From NCBI RefSeq assembly GCF_006345805.1, contig NW_021831835.1:295-64294 (forward strand): 64,000 bases of DNA, written 5' to 3'. Shown here piece after piece: positions 26,043 through 38,600 of this stretch. The stretch comes from Octopus sinensis (lineage: Eukaryota). The translations under genes and the position numbers were made by a program. The notes under the pieces were generated by a model, which was given only the letters and a program-made list of their open reading frames with translations, was not told the DNA's origin and did no database searches. Every line of letters begins with the position of its first letter. The first letter of the stretch is position 1.

Positions 26043-26088
26043 ACATGCACGCATACACACATACATTTTCTCTATCTCCCATTCTTTC

Positions 26089-26149
<61 letters not shown>

Positions 26150-26210
26150 TTATCTCTCATTCTCTATCTGTCTCTCTCTCTCACACACACACACGCACAC
26201 ACACAAACAC
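24920..26210. repeat. (CT)n/(TATC)n-rich block containing a ~280 bp direct duplication
   Basis: 25165-25440 near-identical to 25898-26180. Confidence 0.85.
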
Positions 26211-26326
26211 ACACGATCTTACTCTCTTCTTGCCGTGTGGTCGGTTTAAAGCATTCGTTGTATAATTGGATTTATTGGTCTCAAATTCTTTCACAAGGCC
26301 AACAGTTTTGGTGGAGGTGGTGGTAA

Positions 26327-26715
26327 GTCGATTACAGCAATTTCAGTGCTCAGCTGGTATTTATTATATCGATCCCGAAAGACAAGAAAGGCAAAGTCGA
26401 CCTCGGCAGGATTTGAACTCGGAACGCAAAGACGGACGAAAAACCGCCAAGTTGAGTACTGGGGTTGATGTAATCGACTATCCCCCTCCCCCAAATTTCA
26501 GGCCTTGTGCGTATAATAGAAAAGAATCGTTAGCACGTCCGACAAAATCATTCATGATATCTCGTCCGTCCTTACGTTCTGCATTCAAATAATTCCACCG
26601 AGGTCGACTCAGCCTTCCATCCTTACGGGGGTTGATGAAATTAGTACCAGTTTCATACAAGGGTCAATGTAATCGACGAGTTCCTTCTCACAATATTTCA
26701 GCTGGTCCTCTGTGG
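26327..26715. mobile_element. Composite of SINE family B fragments in both orientations
   Basis: Minus fragment 26327-26447, plus tail 26448-26528, plus copy 26528-26715. Confidence 0.7.
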
Positions 26716-26717
26716 AA

Positions 26718-27184
26718 CACGTCCCTACTTCTCAACATAGCCACCGTTTCTCTCAATAGCAATGTTCCACCATCGAATGAGAGCATGTATCCCTGCCCCG
26801 TAAAATTCTGTTGACTGTTCTTTGAGCCACTTCTTCACTACAATTTTCACTTCCTCGTCACTGGAATAATTTAGCTCCTTCAGACTATCATCTCTTCGGC
26901 TCCATGAAAGAGAGTTTGAGAGGCAAACATCATTCCAGTGACGAGGAAGTGAAAACTGTAGTGAAGAATTGGCTCAAAGAACAGTCAACAGAATTTTATG
27001 GGGCAGGGATACATGCTCTCATTCGAAGGTGGAACATTGCTATTGAGAGAAACGATGACTATGTTGCGAAGTAGGGATGTGACCCATAGAGGACCAACTT
27101 CATTTTGATGTATGATACATATTCCTATGTTGGTAATTATACCTGTCCTAAACAAAATGGCATTACTTTTGACTCTCCCTCGTG
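26718..27184 (+). mobile_element. mariner 3' fragment with fold-back inverted duplication
   Basis: LAPSDYHLFGSMKESLRGK...DEEVK...WLKEQ...FY..GIHAL..RW...YVAK* then TIR-like CATTACTTTTGACTCTCCCTCG; 26718-26867 is the reverse complement of 26932-27081. Confidence 0.85.
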
Positions 27185-27534
27185 TCTTGAGAGAAACAAG
27201 ATACGATAGGGTATGATACTAATGGCGTTCTCAGTTATATTCACGATGTAAGCGAATTGAAATTGCTTCGACTGGCTAAGGATTGAAACTACAACTCAAC
27301 GGTGTCTTAGCTTGCTGGACGTTTGTATTCCTGCTGTTCCCAATTCAGTAGAACCACATGAAATAGTAATGTGTGATAACTCCCTCCCCTCCAGTTGTTA
27401 GTTTATGTAGAAACGGCAGCGGTTATAACCCAACGACGAAAGCCTAAACGGAGGTCAGATGTAATTGGGTAATGAATGTCTAATTAACATACACGAAGTT
27501 TAATGGTTGGATGTGAAGAGTCAAGAGAGAGACT

Positions 27535-28020
27535 GACAGAGTGACGGACAAACAGACAGGGAGACAAGGATACGGACAAACAGACAAAGTGACGGACAAA
27601 CAGGCAGAGAGACAGAGAGACGGACAAACAGACAGACAGAGTGACGGACAAACAGACAAAGTAGCGGACAAACAGGCAGAGAAACAGAGAGACGGACAAA
27701 CAGACAGACAGAGTGACGGACAAACAGATGGAGGGACAGAGTGGCGGACAAACGGGCGGAGAGGGAGACAGACAAACAGAGTGATAGACAAACAGACGGA
27801 GAGACAGAGAGACGGATAAGCAGACGAAGAGACAGAGAAACGAACAGACAGACAGAGTGACAGACAAACAGACAGAGTGAAGGACAAACAGACAGAGAGA
27901 CAGGGTGACGGACGGACAAACAGATAGATAGAGTGACGGACAAATAGAGAAACAGGAGACGGACAAACAGATAGAGGTGGACAAACAGACAGAAAGACAG
28001 ACAGACACACACACATACAC
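27535..28020. repeat. GACGGACAAACAGACAG minisatellite with 72-bp higher-order unit
   Basis: 27573-27644 repeats at 27645-27716. Confidence 0.85.
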
Positions 28021-28284
28021 ACACACGGATCGAGATGCAGACACAGTTTCTAGGTGTGTATTTTGAGGAAAATAAGGACTGAGTAAATTGTCTAGACAGG
28101 TGGAACGGGTATGTGCAGATGTTCTATTCATTCTTTCAGGAATATCAAATTCTCCAAACCAAAAGTTAATTCCAAAATATTTATAAATGTCCATTTTAGC
28201 AGTTCCAGTCATGTTAACCACTACTCTTCATTTGCCAGGAAATCCTTCCATTTAGTGTCATAAAAGAAACGATAAACGTCGCCC

Positions 28285-28587
28285 TTTTCAAGCCTAGCCA
28301 GGCTCATGGGACCAGTTTCCCGGTTTCTGAGGCGCACGTGTTCCCCTCAGCTGGACGGGACACCAGTCCAACGCAGCGTTACTCAAGAAACAGGAAGAGA
28401 GAGCGCGAGAAAGTTGTGGCGAAAGAGTACAACAGGGGTCGCCACCACCCCTTCCCTTGCCGAAGCCTCGTGGCGCTTTTAGGTGTTTTCGCTCAATAAA
28501 CCCACACAACGCCCGGTCTGGATATCGAAACCGCGATTCTCCGACCGCGAGTCCGATGCTCTAACCACTGAGTCATTGCGCTTCATT
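28285..28587 (-). mobile_element. SINE family C
   Basis: Minus head GAAGCGCAATGACTCAGTGGTTAGAGCATCGGACTCGCGG...TTCGATATCC. Confidence 0.8.
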
Positions 28588-29090
28588 TAGTGTCATACAA
28601 ATTGGAAAAATCAACCTGTTGCGTTGTTTGCTTTATTAACGATATTTCTTTCAATTGTCGGCAACAGAGGTTGTCGTTAATGTTGTTGCTGGTTTTGTTG
28701 TCGTCGTCGCTTTTACTGCTATTAGGGATCTTTTCTTTGCTTTTGGCGCCGTTTTGGTATTTGGTGTTGGAAATTTCCCACTAGGTTTTCTTTTGTTTTT
28801 TTTTATTAGCTTTTATGGTTTCAACGAAGTTTTTCGACGTAGTTCTCTGTTTGATGCGGTTCTTTAAAAAATTACTTTCTTACAAATATCAACATCGTCT
28901 TCTTCTTCACCAGCACCACCACCACCAGCACCACCATCAACCACCAACATCACAACCATCATCATTATTATCATCATTATGAACCAGATTAACAGGAATA
29001 TCACTACTACTACTGCAACAATAGCGATACAAACAAAAGAGACAACAGCACAACAGCACAACAACTTCAATAATAATAATAATAATAATA

Positions 29091-29150
<60 letters not shown>

Positions 29151-29158
29151 AAATAATG

Positions 29159-29231
<73 letters not shown>

Positions 29232-29734
29232 GTGGTTTTATTGTCGTTAATGATAATTTCTTTGAAGGTGCGCAAGTAAGATGCGGCTTGATTAAGTATT
29301 CTAAAACGCTCAAACCATTCAGTTATAAATTAAAGTCTGTCTTTGAAGAATTTCTTAGATCATCTCATAAAGCAGTTCAGTCGCAGTTGCAATTTCTGTT
29401 TAAAGTTTTTTTTTAATACATTGTTTGTTTGTTTATTTATTTATGTGTTTGTTTGTTTTTTGTTACTTTGATTTTCATAAAACAAAAGGGAAAAAAAAAC
29501 AACAAAATGAAATATAGAATTTAAAACATTCACGATCCAGATTAGTAATTGTTCTATCCTATAAAAGATCACCTTCTCGGTTCAAGGCACAAATTGATAA
29601 ATATACTATTATGAACCATTACTGTTATAAACCATCTTGATATAAACCGTTTAGTCAATTATAACACACAAATTCTATTTTATTATCATCGTTGTTTATT
29701 AGTCGATGTCGGTGGGTGAACAGAATAGTTAGAG

Positions 29735-30145
29735 TGCTGGCAGAAACGTTAGCACGCCGGGCGAAATGCTTAGCGGTATTTCGTCTGCCGGTACGTTCTG
29801 AGTTCAAATTCCGCCGAGGTCGACTTTGCCTTTCATCCTTTCGGAGTCGATTAAATAAGTACAAGTTACGCACTGGGGTCGATGTAATCGACTTAATCCG
29901 TTTGTCTGTCCTTGTTTGTCCCCTCTGTGTTTAGCCTCTTGTGAGTAGTAAAGAAATAGGTATTTCGTCTGCCGGTACGTTCTGAGTTCAAATTCCGCCG
30001 AGGTCGACTTTGCCTTTCATCCTTTCGAAGTCGATAAATTAAGCACTAGTTACGCACTGGGGTCGATATAATCGACTTAATCCGTTTGTCTGTCCTTGTT
30101 TGTCTCTACTATGTTTATAACCCCTTGTAGGCAATAATGAAGTAA
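29735..30145 (+). mobile_element. SINE family B tandem dimer
   Basis: Second unit starts at 29960 after AAAGAAATAG|GTATTTCGTC. Confidence 0.85.
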
Positions 30146-32471
30146 GAATAGCTAGAGCGCTGGAAAAAAATATTCGTGATATTCCTTAAGGATTTTTACA
30201 TTCTGCGTTCAAATTATTTTGCGGGGCTGGATTAACATTTAAGCAAAATCAGTAAATGCTTAGTTGAATAGGGGGCAGCACAGAGAAGGTAAATAGCTTA
30301 CGGCACAAAAGGAAATCACTTTAAACTTGCTGAAGTAAATTCGTCTTGCCTTATTTGTACCAAGTATAGAAGTTAATGTGTTAAGTAAGATTAATTTTGA
30401 GGATCTGATTAAAGACTTTACGGTTAACAAAAAGTAGATCCTTCTCTGATTAACTTTATCAAAAATGAAGTGGTTATTAGGTACATCTTGAAAAGGATTG
30501 CTTAGAAGTATTAAAGTTTGACAAATACATTTGGAGAATGCTTTAACTATATTCAGATAGTTAGTTTAGTATTATTATTTAATAGCTGGGCAGCGTCTTC
30601 CATAAAGGTAACATGTTGATGCCCTTACGAATATATTGTTAAATTAAAAAGGACAATATGAGCGCGTTCCTTAACTGCCTTAAAACGGGATTTCAATACC
30701 TAAGCAATATAATACATTAGTGTTTAAAATTGAACTGCATAACAGGCAATTGTTATTTCTATGTCGACTATTTATGAAGTAATTTCGTTTGTGCAATGAA
30801 AAATAATGCCAGTATAGCTGTGGAAAGGCTGAAATATGTGGTTTATTTTAGAAAATAGAACAGACAATACTCGTCCCAAAAGCAGCTTCGTCTTACTTAG
30901 TGGCCTTCTTATTTAGGAAAAGTAGGCACTCATTTTAATGCGTCTTATGGAGGTAACTTGCACATATATGTGTAAAGCTTTTCTTTCTCCTTTTCTATTT
31001 AGTCTAAACATTTTCAATGAAGCCGGAGATGTTTTTCTTTTTTGTTTTCTTTCATATGCGAAGCATTCATTTCACGAAATCATTGATCATGAAATAACCA
31101 CTGTCTTCAATGTTGACCACTATTACTCTTTCTATTCTCCTACCTTAGATTTAAATATTTATTGTGTAAAATTAAACCCAATTTATTGGAAACGTTTTTG
31201 TAATGACTCTTAGTATTTCAATTCAAATTAGACTCCTACATTAAGTCTGTTACTAGACTGATAGCTAGTCGGTTATTTCCTTCTACCGCAAAATCAATTC
31301 CTAAGAACTTAGATTCTTTTATATCTCGACATCTGCCAGATTCCTCTAAAATGGTGTGCTACTCATAGTTTTCACTTATTTCTCCAAAGAACCCATTTTA
31401 GAAAAGCGCAGAATCGAAAGTACTGTCTAGTCGGTGATGAATTTTGGGATATAACATGTTTGGACGATTTTTGCTGCTACTTCAACGCAAAGTGTTCAGA
31501 TGAGCCTCTGTTCCCACAAATACGGAATTTCCAGAAGAATTCAGCGTACCAAATTTAGAAAATGCATCTGTGCTTAATGGTATAACATCATTCTTGCAAT
31601 ATAATTGAACGTAACAGACCAAATTCTCAAATATAAGAACACGAAGGCATCCGTTTAAAAAATGCATCACATATCTGATGTCCGGGTTACGATGCACGTT
31701 ACACGTAAAAATCTTTATTCTAGCACATCTTAATTTAATTGTGAAATAAGCACTCACATTTCATTGTTTTCCTGCAGGATGTGGCTTTGATTCTTTTAAA
31801 ACACAGCGTTAACAAGTACGTTGCCAACTGTCAACGGTTTCCTTCATTTTAATATTTTATTGGTTCTTTTATTGGCATCTCATTCATTTCTTTTTTATTA
31901 GCTCCTTTATTGTCACCCCACATTCTACATTTTATTTCAGTTAAGTCTTTTATCTGGTCATTTATTACCATCTCATCGTTTTCAATTGAATCTTTTATCC
32001 ATTATTATTGATTTTCTATTTGCCATTTTGTATATGCATGCATATATAATGTACTTTTTTTAATGACAATTATACCACTTTTCCCATTCCCACAACCCTT
32101 TGCTTGCACGTGGCCTTTGGGTCTAGCTTAAAGTGATTACGAATAAAGTGAAAAAAAAATATTGATTTACTGACTTATGTACGACAACATACGTTAGTAG
32201 AAAGTAAAAGACTGTCTTGTGAGTGTGAAAGTTATTATGAATCTTGTTAATGCCTTCTTAAACTGTCCTTTAATCTTCAATAGTTTCCCAACACTTTCTC
32301 GACTTGGGATACGTAGTCAATGGAGGTCAAACGTATGATGAATTGTTAAAGAAAATTACTAGTGTTCGTATATTAGAGAATTAGGTCCATTACGTTCTAT
32401 CATGCTGCGGAATAATGCTATACAAGACACTGCAATTGTGTTAATAGCACACATAATACTTTGTTATTTAA

Positions 32472-32910
32472 GGGCAGTGAGCTGGCAGAAACATTAGCAC
32501 GTCGGGCGAAATGCTTAGTAGCATTTCGTCTGCCGCTACGTTCTGAGTTCAAATTCTACCCAGGTCGACTTTGCTTTTCATCCTTTCGGAATCGATAAAT
32601 TAAGTACCAGTTACGTACAGGGGTCGACTTCATCCGTAATCGACTTCATCCGTTTGTCTGTCCTTGTTTGTCCCCTCTGTGTGTAGTACCTTGTGGTCAA
32701 AAAAGAAATAAGAAACATTAGCATGCCGGGCGAAATGCTTAGTCGCATTTCGTCTGCCTTTACGTTTTTATTTCAAATTCCACCGAGGTAGACTTTGCCT
32801 TTCATTCTTTCGGGTCGATAAATTAAGTACCAGTTGCGTACTGGGGTCAATCTAATCGAGTGGCCCCCTCCCCCAAAATTCGGGCCTTGTTCCTAGAGTA
32901 GGAAAGAATA
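32472..32910 (+). mobile_element. Two adjacent SINE family B copies
   Basis: Full head at 32472; second unit from ~32711 with a different 3' tail. Confidence 0.8.
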
Positions 32911-32965
32911 CTTTGTTATTTAGAAGAGGTTTTCGACTTTCGCTAGATTCTGTCGATTTTGAATG

Positions 32966-33272
32966 TCTTCTACTATAGCCTCGGGCCGACCAAAGCCTTA
33001 TGAATGGATTTGGTAGACGGAAACTGAAAGAAACCCGTCGTATGTATGTATATATATATGTGTGTGTGTGTTTGTGTGTCTGTGTTTGTCGCCCCAACAT
33101 TGCTTGACAACCGATGCTGGTGTGCTTATGTCCCCGTAACTTAGCGGCTCGGCTAAAGAAACCTATAGAATAAGTACTAGGCTTACAAAGAATAAGTCCT
33201 GGGGTTGATTTGCTCGACTAAAGGCGGTGCTCCAGCATGGCCGCATTCAAATGACTGAAACAAGTAAACGAG
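32966..33272 (+). mobile_element. SINE family A, 5'-truncated
   Basis: Matches body and tail of 42703 copy. Confidence 0.85.
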
Positions 33273-33939
33273 AGCATGTACACACACACACACAATTGCA
33301 ACGTGGAAGATGTTTGTAAGCCATTTAAGAACACACAAAAACCGTTAGTCTTCACTTTAACATTTAAAAATTTTAAATTGCAACAAAAAGCAAAGCGCAA
33401 CCACAAGAACATGAATAGCAATACCAACACCAACAACGACATCAACAACGACGACGATGACGACGACGATGGCAGTGGCAACAACTACAGCAGATAAATC
33501 CTTAGCAGCTGCCTCGAAAGCAAAAATATCAGCAACAACGAAAACAGTAACAGAATCCCCGTTACCACAACAACAACAGAAGCAAGATGACAAGCATCAA
33601 CATCCCCACGTCATCACGAGTTATGCCCATCACCGTTCAGCGGACTTAGAAATGCTTTGCAATGGGGACAGTTAAAATGAAAAATGAGAGATGGTTCCCA
33701 TACGAAAGAGAGAGAAAATGGTGGTGGTGCTGGGGGGGGGGGAACAACAGAAATCTACAAGACTCGTAACAAAATCAGAAACCATTTTTATAGAATATTA
33801 TTATTGATATAAAATGTATTGAGCGTCATTTTTTCATTTGGTTAGCAACATTATTGATGTGAAATCGTGTATTGAAACAAATTTTGTTGTGTTTTGGGAG
33901 AGGCATTATGCTCATAATATTAACACACCTTCATGTAGC

Positions 33940-34720
33940 AACCTGGCAGAAACGTTAGCATGCCGGGTGAAATGGTTAGGGGTATTTCGTCCGCCACTGC
34001 GTTCTGAGTTCAAATTCCGACGAGGTCGACTTTACCTTTCATCCTTTCGGGGTCGATAAATTAAGTACCAGTTACGCACTGCGGTCGATATAATCAACTT
34101 AATCCGTTTGTCTGTCCTTGCTTGTCCCCTCTGTGTTTAGCTCCTTGTGAGTAGTAAAGAAATAGGTATTTCGTCTACCACTACATTCTGAGTTCAAATT
34201 CCGCCGAGGTCGACTTTGCCTTTCATCCTTTCGGGGTCGATTAAATAAATACCAGTTACGCGCACTGGGGTCGATATAATCGACTTAATCCGTTTGTCTG
34301 TCCTTGTTTGTCCCCTCTGTGTTTAGCCCCTTGTGGGTAGTAAAGAAATAGGTATTTCGTCTGCCGCTACGTTCTGAGTTCAAATTCCGCCGAGGTCGAC
34401 TTTGCCTTTCATCCTTCCTGGACCGATTAAATAAGTACCAGTTACGCACTGGGGTCGGTACAATCGACTTAATCCGTTTGTCTGTCCTTGTTTGTCCCTT
34501 CTATGTTTAGCCTCTTCTGGGTAGTAAAGAAATAGGCATTTCGTCTCTCTTTACGTCTTGAGTTCAAATTCCGCCGAGGTCGACTTCGCTTTTCATCCCT
34601 TCGAGGTCGATTAAATAAGTACCAATTACGCACTGGGGTCGATGTAATCGACTTAATCCCTTCTTCTGTCTTTGTTTTTCTCTCTATGTATGCCCCACCC
34701 CTGTGGGCAATAAAGAAAGA
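33940..34720 (+). mobile_element. SINE family B tandem tetramer (~185 bp period)
   Basis: Later units start at ~34166, 34352 and 34536, each after AAAGAAATAG. Confidence 0.9.
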
Positions 34721-35117
34721 AATAATAACACGCCTACTGGTTCAATACCACTTTTTTTATTGCCAGTGAATTGGTTAAATATCTAACCAACTATCTAATC
34801 GATCATTTGTTTTATTGTGCTGGTTAAACAATCAATCGATTGTTTGTCAGTGAAAATTCTTTCGTTGCGGTGCATGGCCTTTTCAGTGACTTAGTGACTT
34901 CCCCTTATCTCACCAAGGTCTGTGTGATGACTCTCTCAATACATAAAAGCTGTATTGTATTTAGCTACGATTTACTATGCGGTTCATTCATGTCCCACCC
35001 CGCCATCGACTTTATCCTTCACCGTTCCTGGGTTAATAAAATACCTAATTTCACGTAACCTTGTTCCTATATCAGAAACAATCATCATTAATAAGATTAT
35101 ATATTTAATTAGTTTCT

Positions 35118-35283
35118 AGGAGTGGCTGTGTGGTAAGTAGCTTGTTTACCAACAACATGGTTCCGAGTTCAGTCCCACTGCGTGGAACCTTGGGCAAGTG
35201 TCTTCTACTATAGACTCGGGCCGACTAAAGCCTTGTGAATGGATTTGGTAGACGGAAACTGAAAGAAGCCCGTCGTATATATG

Positions 35284-35329
<46 letters not shown>

Positions 35330-35580
35330 GATATATATATGTGTGGTGTGTGTGGTGTGTGTGTGTGTGTGTGCATATATGTTTGTGTGTCCGTGTTTGT
35401 TCTCCCAACATCGCTTGACAACAGATGCTGGTGTGTTTACGTCCCCGTAACTTAGCGGTTCGGCAAAAGAGACCGATAGAATAAGTACCAGGCTTACAAA
35501 GAATAAGTCCTGGGTTCCATTTACTCGACTAAAGGCGGTGCTCCAGCACACAGTTACATGACTGAAACAAATAAAAGAGA
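35118..35580 (+). mobile_element. SINE family A, full length
   Basis: tRNA-like head GGAGTGGCTGTGTGGTAAG...GAGTTCAGTCCC, internal (TA)/(TG) microsatellite, conserved tail. Confidence 0.9.
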
Positions 35581-36184
35581 GAAAGAAAGAGAGAAAACCT
35601 GTTGTCTAAGTTTTCCTTGGCTATTCATATAGATGACGTGTCTATTTTTTTTACCAGAATATGAAGAAACCGTTAAAGATCCTATCGCTAAAAGTGCTGA
35701 ACCATATAGATTTTTATGTAAGAACATTTTTTAGAACTTGTATTTTCAATTGCGTATGAATCAACTAAAACAATGCGAAGCGCGTTGTGACCAGCGATGT
35801 GTAGCAACATCTGATAGCCTGGTCGGTCACGGTGATCACAGTGGATGAATCAACTAAAATCTAGAATATTTTAACCAATTACCCCAATTTTTTAACCAAT
35901 TTCTCCACCACATTCACTTATAAGGCATCCTTCGAACCGAGGTTATAGGAGAAACCTATCATTTTTTAACCAATTGTCCCCAAATATATTTATTTACGCC
36001 GACGTTTCCCTCTTGATTCCAAAACAAGAAAACCATAGATAACGGTAACACGGTTTTTATATAATTTTACTTATATCTAATGAGTCCTCATTACCCCCGA
36101 GAATTTCATTTTTACCCCCTCTTGGGGTAATTTACCCCGCTTCGCCGACCCCTGGACTAGATACACAGTATATTTTGACCATTA

Positions 36185-36650
36185 ATTATACACAGGGAGA
36201 TGCGTGGCTGATTGATTAGGGATGTCGGACTCATGATCGTAAGATTGTGATTTCGATTCCTGAACTGGGCGACGCGTAGTGTTCCTATAAAAAAAACACT
36301 TCAATTCACGTTGCTCCTGTCCACTCAACTGGCGAAAGTGAGTAATCCTGTAACGGACCGGCGTCCAGTTCAGGCGGGGAAGATATACGCATGGTAACCT
36401 GGAAAACAGCCCTATCAGTCTATATGATTCGGGGAGGAACAAATATACACAGGAAGCAGTGAGCTGTGAAAATACCTAGTGGCATTTCCTCCAGCTCTTT
36501 ATACTCTCAGTTCGAATTCCGCCGGCGTAGATTTCGCCCTTTATATGTTCCGGTATCGGTAAAATAAGCACCAGTTGGACACCGAGGTCAATGTAACCGA
36601 CTTAACCTTCCTGTGAAATTTGCTGGCCTTGCGCCGCCAACATTTGAAGC
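36185..36650. mobile_element. SINE family C-related fragment (minus, 36185-36440) plus family B (plus, ~36455-36650)
   Basis: Shared blocks with 40055-40285 and with family B core. Confidence 0.65.
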
Positions 36651-37508
36651 CATAATTATACACAGGAATGATATTTTTATTGTTCTCCATATGCTGCATT
36701 TATGTCAGTGTGGTTTGCGTTCCGTAATAATTTAGTAAAGCCATTAATTAAAAGAAATATGTTTAAATTTAAATTACGAAAGCTTTTATATTCTTTTATC
36801 GTATTTAATAATTTTTCCAATAATCTCGTTTTTATGAAAGAAAATTATTTTTAGAAAAATAAAACAAAAACGATAATTAATAAAAACGATAAATTTATTT
36901 CATAAAGAATAAAATTGATTTAAAAATAGAAATTAGTAGAGAAAAATATAAAATGTGATTATTTTTTTTCAGATTTAATGACAGTATTCCAATTTCGTTT
37001 TCATTTTTCAAACGGAAATATTACAATAAGGGTCGACGGAGGCCAAGTTAATAAATATTCATTGCCGCTGATGGCTTAGGATTTCGGATAAAATTTAGTA
37101 GAATTAAGCGATTAAAAGGCTAAAAATGTAGCAGGAATATAGGAATTTAATTATGTGTTAAACTCAACTGTTGTGTTATTTCTTTACTAGATCAGTCCAA
37201 TGGTCATAGCGAAAAGAAAAAAAAAACAGACATGAATATTTGAATGTAAATTTGAATGAAAATTTGAATGTCAAACTGGAATAAAATAAGCATGGCTATG
37301 TGGTTAAGAAACTCACTTTGCAATCACGGGACTTCGGGTTCAGTCTCCACTCTGCAGCACTTTCGGCAAGTGTTTCTCATGTAACCTCGGGTCGAAGGAA
37401 GCCTTATGGGTGAATGTGGCGCAGAAATTTCGTGGAAGTCTGTCGGCGACATATGTTTGCACCCTCTGCTGTAGGAGCTGTTAGTTCAAAGACGAACTCT
37501 CTTTATCC

Positions 37509-37550
<42 letters not shown>

Positions 37551-37552
<2 letters not shown>

Positions 37553-38600
37553 TAGGTTGTCCGGAAAGTTCTGAGCGTTTTTAAGCTAAATCTTTTAACG
37601 CTTCATTGAATATTCCATCAGCATAAAATTTTACTGGCTTTGAAGAAAAATAAAAGTTATCTAGATGCATTTTGACTTCATTTAAATCGTTAAATGTTTT
37701 CCCTTGAAATGAATTCTGTAGAAACAAAAAGTGGTAGTCGGGTGGCACTTCATCAGGAGAATATGGTGAATGAGATAAGAGATCTCAGCCCAAGTTCATG
37801 TAACTTTGTTCGGGTAGCGAAAAACACATGTAGTCAGGCATTGTCTTGCTGGAACACTACCCCTTTCCTGTTGGCAATCTCAGGCTTCAATTCTTCGAGT
37901 TTTTGGTTCAAATTAGCAAGCAGATGACAGTACACATCAGAATTAATGGTTTTGTGGGAGAAGCTGAGAGTAAATAATACCTTCATGATCCCACCAAACA
38001 TAAAGCATAGCTTTTTTGGCATGGATATTTGCATTTCGTTGCTGTTTGGGGGAATTCTTATGCAAACGCCAGGATCTTTTTCACACTACAATCCATTTTT
38101 CATCTCCAGTCACAAGTTTTTTCAAAAAGGTATGCTTTCATTCCGTTTCAAAAGCATATCTCAAACGAAATACCGGTCCAAGCAATTCTTTTCTGAGAGT
38201 TTGTGAGGGACCCATACATTATAGCTAGAAATGTATCCTAGCTTCACTAGGTGTTAATGAGCCATACTTTTAGAAACTTCCAACACATCTGCAAGCTCTC
38301 TAGTCGTGATATTTGAGTTTTCTTCGATTTTACCTTCAAAACATCTGCAGCTAATTTTGAAGACCTGTCATTTTCAAAAGCTAAACTCTCCAGCTTTAAA
38401 TTTTGCAAACCACCTTAAAACAGATTATTCACCTGCAGCATCATCACCATAAACATTACAAATGTTTTTGCAAGTCTTTGCAGCATTTTCTCCGTTAAAA
38501 AAAAACGCATTACAACGCGAATATGAAATTTTTGGTTATCCATTTCAAATGTCAATAAAGGGTAACCAGAACGAAAAGTGAATCCATTTTTAGTCAGGAA
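37551..38600 (-). mobile_element. mariner transposon relic, near-full transposase pseudogene, one TIR
   Basis: MDNQKFHIRVVM..., HAKKAMLYVWWD, INSDVYC...VFQQDNA, PYSPDEVPPDY; TIR-like TATTAGGTTGTCCGGAAAG at 37550. Confidence 0.85.

Noticed and set aside
28120-28221. DIYKYFGINFW resembling the RT YKYLG motif
   Set aside because: No flanking RT motifs recognisable; too short to support
33940-34720. CRISPR-like periodic array
   Set aside because: Units are ~185-bp SINE bodies without unique spacers; eukaryotic context
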